From a virus: 64,000 nucleotides of DNA. Below are positions 59,809 to 64,000 of this stretch, piece after piece (within the stretch, counting starts at the first letter, position 1; every line of letters begins with the position of its first letter). The notes under the pieces were generated by a model. That model had not been told where the DNA came from, ran no database searches, and saw only the letters and a list, made by a program, of their open reading frames with translations. Position numbers and translations under genes: made by a program. The stretch lies in IMG/VR virus record IMGVR_UViG_3300029319_000007; one strand, written 5' to 3'.

Positions 59809-60348
59809 TTATTGTGCAGCCCAAGATTTAGATGAACTATTCCATTCATATACTTTTGAAGTATCTGAACTTGCAGGTCTAGTTGCTTCCCAACCTTTTG
59901 CATTGTTTGCTTGATATGCTGCTTCATCCCAATAGATACTATATCTTTGAGTTGAACTATCTGTTTCTGTATAAGTCTCTACAGTTGGATAAGTTATTGG
60001 TGCATCCCAACCAGCAGTTGATGTATTCTTCGACCAACTAGTATATGGTTGTGGACCAAAAAATAATTGATTATCTTCATCCCATGAGTAACCTACACCT
60101 GCATAGTTGCCTCTAAATGCTTTTGATTGATCACTAGACAGATTGCCATCAGCGTCATAGTGTTTTCCACCTCTAGTGTTATAAGATGTTTGAATCCACA
60201 TTTGGGCAGGCCATCCGTGTATCTCTTGTAATCTTTGTTGACCTACTGATTCATCTTCTTGATTATCAGCATTCAACATATCACTATTATTCAAAACATG
60301 AACAGCGATTACTTTACCGTTCACACCTAGTTTTGCAAAATGTGCCAT
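59809..60348 (-). CDS. MAHFA-type fibre-associated protein (possible assembly chaperone)
   Basis: MAHFAKL...WIQTSYN...FRGNYAG.GY.WD...F..PQPY.SW; AAGGAG SD. Confidence 0.7.
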   Translation of the reverse strand: MAHFAKLGVNGKVIAVHVLNNSDMLNADNQEDESVGQQRLQEIHGWPAQMWIQTSYNTRGGKHYDADGNLSSDQSKAFRGNYAGVGYSWDEDNQLFFGPQPYTSWSKNTSTAGWDAPITYPTVETYTETDSSTQRYSIYWDEAAYQANNAKGWEATRPASSDTSKVYEWNSSSKSWAAQ

Positions 60349-60410
60349 TTTATTCTCCTTTTAATTATGAACTACCTCTCACAAGTCAGTCCAATATTAT
60401 ACTAAACTAT

Positions 60411-61829
60411 TTATTGAAACTTGTATCTAATAATGACAACACCTGAACCACCAGCAGAACCTGCCTGTGCCCCCGAAGCACCGCCTCCACCACCGCCTCT
60501 ATTTGCAGTAGCAGATGTTGCTGCTGAACCGTTATCAGCACCATTACCTGCACCAGTACCACCGGTGCCTTTCGAAGTGTTCCAAGTAGGATTACTTAGA
60601 CCACCACCGCCACCGCCGCCACTATAAACTACAGGCGAACCAGTAATGTGATTTGTTGCACCAGCACCTCCAGCACCAGCAGCATTTCCTGGCACATTTA
60701 AATCTGCACCATCATTACCACTACCAGAACCACCGCCTGCACCACCTCTTACAGAAGGCACACTGCCTTGATTACCTCGACCACCGTCACCTCCTTGAGG
60801 CGGACTCACAGGTGGTGTATTACCATTACCTCGTCCTTGATTCCAACCGCCGCCACCGCCAGATCCACCATTCTCAGCAGAATCGCCAGGACCACCTGAT
60901 CCTCCTCTACCGCCACCAGCGGATGTGATTGTTGAGAAAACTGAATTTGAACCACTTGCACTTGAACTAGGTCCAGGTGCAGCACCGCCACCACCTACTG
61001 TGATAGGAAAAGTTGCTGCTGTAATTGGAACACCTGATGTTGAACTATTTGGGTGTACAGTATATGAACCATGATTACCTGTTTTAGCAGAACGAAGACC
61101 TCCGCCTCCACCTCCACCTGCTTGTTCACCGGGTGTGTTTCCACCACCGCCGCCACCAGCAAGAACAAGATAATCAATAGTGTTATTAGGTCCTAAATTT
61201 GATACAACAAAGTTTCCATCACCAGTAAATGTATGTATCTTCTCATCACCTGATGTTGTGATTGTACCACCTGTAGCAACAATTTGTGTTTGTAAATCTG
61301 CAACATTTGATTCTACTATAACTAACCAACCCTTTGTTGCGTCAATGTAAACATATGTGACTGCTGCTCTGTTTGTTTTTATTTCTTGATCATTAGCAAC
61401 ACCTTGAATGTTATGACCATTTCTCTGAACTGTTAAACTGTTTGTGCCAAAATTACCAGCATAGTCTTTTACAATAATAGTATCGCCTGCACTAGCACTA
61501 GCAGGTAGTTTTACTAAACCTGCCGCACTTGAATTATTTACGAAATATCCTCTACCCGCCACCATTGTAGTCACAGTAGAACCATCTGAAACAACAACTG
61601 ACTGCCATGCTATTTTACCTACATCAGCAGAAGCACCTAATGCTGTTGCTGAACTATTAATAGTAATCGATTCGTTTGCTAATTTTGCGTTTGCAATAGA
61701 ACCTGCTAATTTTGCATTTGTTAAAGTACCTGGTGCAAAATCAACATTAGCAAGACCACCATCTGCTACTTCAGTAGTAGTGATTGATTCGTCTGTTAAT
61801 CCGTTTGTTGTGACTTTTGTTAAGGGCAT
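60411..61829 (-). CDS. Gly/Pro-rich adhesin/fibre paralogue 5
   Basis: Same architecture; start revised to 61829 (MPLTKVTT) by homology with the paralogues. Confidence 0.85.
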   Translation of the reverse strand: MPLTKVTTNGLTDESITTTEVADGGLANVDFAPGTLTNAKLAGSIANAKLANESITINSSATALGASADVGKIAWQSVVVSDGSTVTTMVAGRGYFVNNSSAAGLVKLPASASAGDTIIVKDYAGNFGTNSLTVQRNGHNIQGVANDQEIKTNRAAVTYVYIDATKGWLVIVESNVADLQTQIVATGGTITTSGDEKIHTFTGDGNFVVSNLGPNNTIDYLVLAGGGGGGNTPGEQAGGGGGGGLRSAKTGNHGSYTVHPNSSTSGVPITAATFPITVGGGGAAPGPSSSASGSNSVFSTITSAGGGRGGSGGPGDSAENGGSGGGGGWNQGRGNGNTPPVSPPQGGDGGRGNQGSVPSVRGGAGGGSGSGNDGADLNVPGNAAGAGGAGATNHITGSPVVYSGGGGGGGLSNPTWNTSKGTGGTGAGNGADNGSAATSATANRGGGGGGASGAQAGSAGGSGVVIIRYKFQ

Positions 61830-61830
61830 A

Positions 61831-62913
61831 TTATACTGCTGTTGTAGGCACTCCGTCTGATGAAACAAATGGGTGTTCAGCTATAGCCCACATTAACATT
61901 GTATCAGAACCGCCATTTATTTTTTGGTTATTACCTCTTATCTTGATACCATTACTACAAAAATCTAAAACAGTTGAAGTTGAAACACTATCGTGGGCAT
62001 TGTTTAAGTTTATGTATAATTGAATATTTTTAGGGTTGAAAGGATGCCTTTCACTATCCCAAACTGTTTTATCTCTTGAACCACTTTCACCATTTATTAT
62101 GATACAATATTTTGGTTTAAATCCTAGATATACAAATGGTGCTGAAGCACCAGATTGTGATTGACCTTCATATCTTACCACTTTTGAATAACCTGGTATG
62201 TTTCGAAAACAATACATGATATAATTATCACCATCTGAATTTGTACCACTATTTGTTCCTACTGTCACATTAGTTGAATCTGGTTTTGTGCTGTTAAATG
62301 CAGTTGCATTTGTAGCAAGTGGGTCTGTATTGTTCATATAAATTATTTGATTATCATTATCCATAACATCTGTCCAATGTGAGAACCAAGAGTTGCCACC
62401 ACCACCTCTATTTTTTACTATAACTAAATTAGGTGCTGCACCTAAACCATGTGCAATCGTTCCGTTAGAACCTGTTCCTACATAATCAATAATTGAAAAA
62501 CCTGCTGTAGTATTTGTTTGTCTATTACCACCAGGATTAGAACCACTTTCGTTAAAAGATGTTGTTGTACCACCATTACATTTCCATTGCCAAGCAACAT
62601 AAGTTGCACTCGATTGGTTATAGTTTTGGTCAGTCGAATCTACATCAAAACCATTTGTTTCAAAAGTAAATTTAGCAGGACTATGTGTATCCTCTGCGTC
62701 AGTTTCATGAAACTTTAATTGTTTATCAGAACCTCTATTTGAATCAAAGACGACATGATTGTCTGCTAAACTTGTAGGTTTAACCCACAACCAGTCGGGT
62801 TTAAAATCACCTGCGTTAGCAGAATTTCTAACTTGTAATCCACTACTACCACTACCTGTGTAATGATTGATAGTGAAGTATTCTGAAGGATCATCTATTG
62901 TTGTATATGCCAT
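61831..62913 (-). CDS. Tail-fibre-associated beta-rich protein
   Basis: MAYTTIDDPS..F...YTG, FKPDW.W.K, YVAWQW, HGLG.AP, AE.PFV motifs. Confidence 0.75.
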   Translation of the reverse strand: MAYTTIDDPSEYFTINHYTGSGSSGLQVRNSANAGDFKPDWLWVKPTSLADNHVVFDSNRGSDKQLKFHETDAEDTHSPAKFTFETNGFDVDSTDQNYNQSSATYVAWQWKCNGGTTTSFNESGSNPGGNRQTNTTAGFSIIDYVGTGSNGTIAHGLGAAPNLVIVKNRGGGGNSWFSHWTDVMDNDNQIIYMNNTDPLATNATAFNSTKPDSTNVTVGTNSGTNSDGDNYIMYCFRNIPGYSKVVRYEGQSQSGASAPFVYLGFKPKYCIIINGESGSRDKTVWDSERHPFNPKNIQLYINLNNAHDSVSTSTVLDFCSNGIKIRGNNQKINGGSDTMLMWAIAEHPFVSSDGVPTTAV

Positions 62914-62914
62914 T

Positions 62915-64000
62915 TTAACCGTACTCCGCTAAATTTTTTGTGTTTAATGCATAGTAACCACTAGGAGGTGAGTAGTAAAAATCACCATAACTATTTCCGT
63001 CTGCGTTACCTTGTGCAGTTGCTTTACCTGCAAAACTTCCATCTTGACCAAAGTTCCAAACAGATTGTGCGCCACCACCGCCGCCACCATCATATCCTAA
63101 CATCATAACACCTACAGCAGTTGATAGTGTCCATGACAATTGTTCGTTAGAACCACTTGCAGGATTACCACTATTGATGTATGTGCCATTTCTACCTATC
63201 CATAATTTTCTATTATCTAAGTCTAAAGCAAATTGCACTATATCATTATCTGCAAAAGTAGGCCAACCTGTATTTGTATTTGTTATAGAACCTAAAAATG
63301 TATTACTTTGATTATTTGTGGCACCATCTATTTCAAAACCTGCTGCCATCTTACTACCATTTGCATTTTTTTGATTTAAATTTCTTTGATCTACAATACC
63401 AAAGAAAGGATAGTCACCACCACTTGGACTTTCTAAATACAATTCAACATACCATTTACCTTTATCAGGCATAATTGTTGGGGCAATACCTGCACTATCA
63501 CTTGTACCATGTGCATATTGTTGTAAATTACCTTCACGCATTTCTGGTTCATCAGCACCTGCTGTTAGTAAATTCATTACTGCATAATTATTTGTGCAAG
63601 TGTCTGTCACAATATCTGTGGCTGCAAGATTAGTCACCGTAAAATGTTTATCATTACCAGATGTATCTGCACCTATACCACTAGAGTTTGCACTTGTGCC
63701 TGTTTGTTTAAATTGTAAAAAATGGCCATTGTTTCCATAAGTTCCTGTGTATGCTTTTGGAACCCAAACACCGTTAGTATTAAATTCTCCGAAAAAACTA
63801 GCATCATATTCTACACCATCGATAACATTTACCTCAGTAATATAACCATCATAGTATTGTGATGAACCCTCTCTTGTTCCTATAAAAACAGTAGTGTTAT
63901 CATTAAAATGTTTAAATGTTGAATCCCAAGTTGCAGTTGAAGCCCAATCTGTATATCTTGTTCCGTTAATATACAATTTTACTCTATCTTCGTTTGTACT
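62915..64000 (-). CDS. LamG/concanavalin plus SPRY-domain virion protein, 5' end outside the window
   Basis: YYDGYITEV..IDG, GKWYVE, ALDLDN.K.W.GRNG, WNFGQ. Confidence 0.75.
   Translation of the reverse strand, partial: STNEDRVKLYINGTRYTDWASTATWDSTFKHFNDNTTVFIGTREGSSQYYDGYITEVNVIDGVEYDASFFGEFNTNGVWVPKAYTGTYGNNGHFLQFKQTGTSANSSGIGADTSGNDKHFTVTNLAATDIVTDTCTNNYAVMNLLTAGADEPEMREGNLQQYAHGTSDSAGIAPTIMPDKGKWYVELYLESPSGGDYPFFGIVDQRNLNQKNANGSKMAAGFEIDGATNNQSNTFLGSITNTNTGWPTFADNDIVQFALDLDNRKLWIGRNGTYINSGNPASGSNEQLSWTLSTAVGVMMLGYDGGGGGGAQSVWNFGQDGSFAGKATAQGNADGNSYGDFYYSPPSGYYALNTKNLAEYG

Noticed and set aside
51985-61829. Diversity-generating retroelement or CRISPR array behind the repeats
   Set aside because: No reverse transcriptase, no evident adenine-specific template/variable pair and no regular repeat-spacer period; repeats are in-frame coding paralogy
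1421-62718. Numerous + strand ORFs in the track (e.g. 46291-46887, 47314-48195, 5852-6262) and short alternate-frame minus ORFs inside the Gly-rich genes
   Set aside because: They lie wholly within well-supported minus-strand genes, show no recognisable motifs, and are explained by codon bias leaving few stops in shadow frames
1-64000. tRNA/rRNA genes, integrase or prophage boundary
   Set aside because: Intergenic gaps are short and show no cloverleaf or T-loop signatures by eye; no host genes or att-like junctions. tRNAscan-SE would confirm

Overview
AT-rich 64-kb segment of a lytic T4-like myovirus of the marine cyanophage/pelagiphage type. Essentially every gene is on the minus strand. 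In transcription order (right to left): a tail-fibre/adhesin island (LamG/SPRY fibre, five paralogous Gly/Pro-rich adhesin-like genes interleaved with six 2OG-Fe(II) oxygenase genes, a TLTNK-repeat fibre); the neck-tail-terminase-head block (gp13-gp23, gp3); uvsY, uvsW, gp55, gp47, gp46; an early island (MazG-like, two DNA methyltransferases, vWA/HExxH protein plus MoxR/CobS-like AAA ATPase, ribosomal protein bS21, Hsp20); the replication block (gp45, gp44, gp62, regA, RimK-protease fusion, gp43, methyltransferase, uvsX, gp41); and an operon of nuclease-, ligase-, kinase- and nucleotidyltransferase-like proteins with capsid-targeting-like N-termini. An alphaproteobacterial host (SAR11-like) is inferred, not shown, from an RpoH-like promoter, a ROSE-like element, a GTTC-N7-GTTC site, bS21 and low GC. 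Main candidate novelties: (1) a possibly virion-packaged nucleic-acid cut/heal/seal operon; (2) a repeated adhesin + hydroxylase cassette; (3) a translation-control layer with predicted leaderless transcripts, a pseudoknotted bS21 leader, a RimK-protease fusion and an RNA thermometer. No tRNA, CRISPR, integrase, reverse transcriptase, intron or intein was recognised. All family calls are from motif recognition and synteny; no searches were run.
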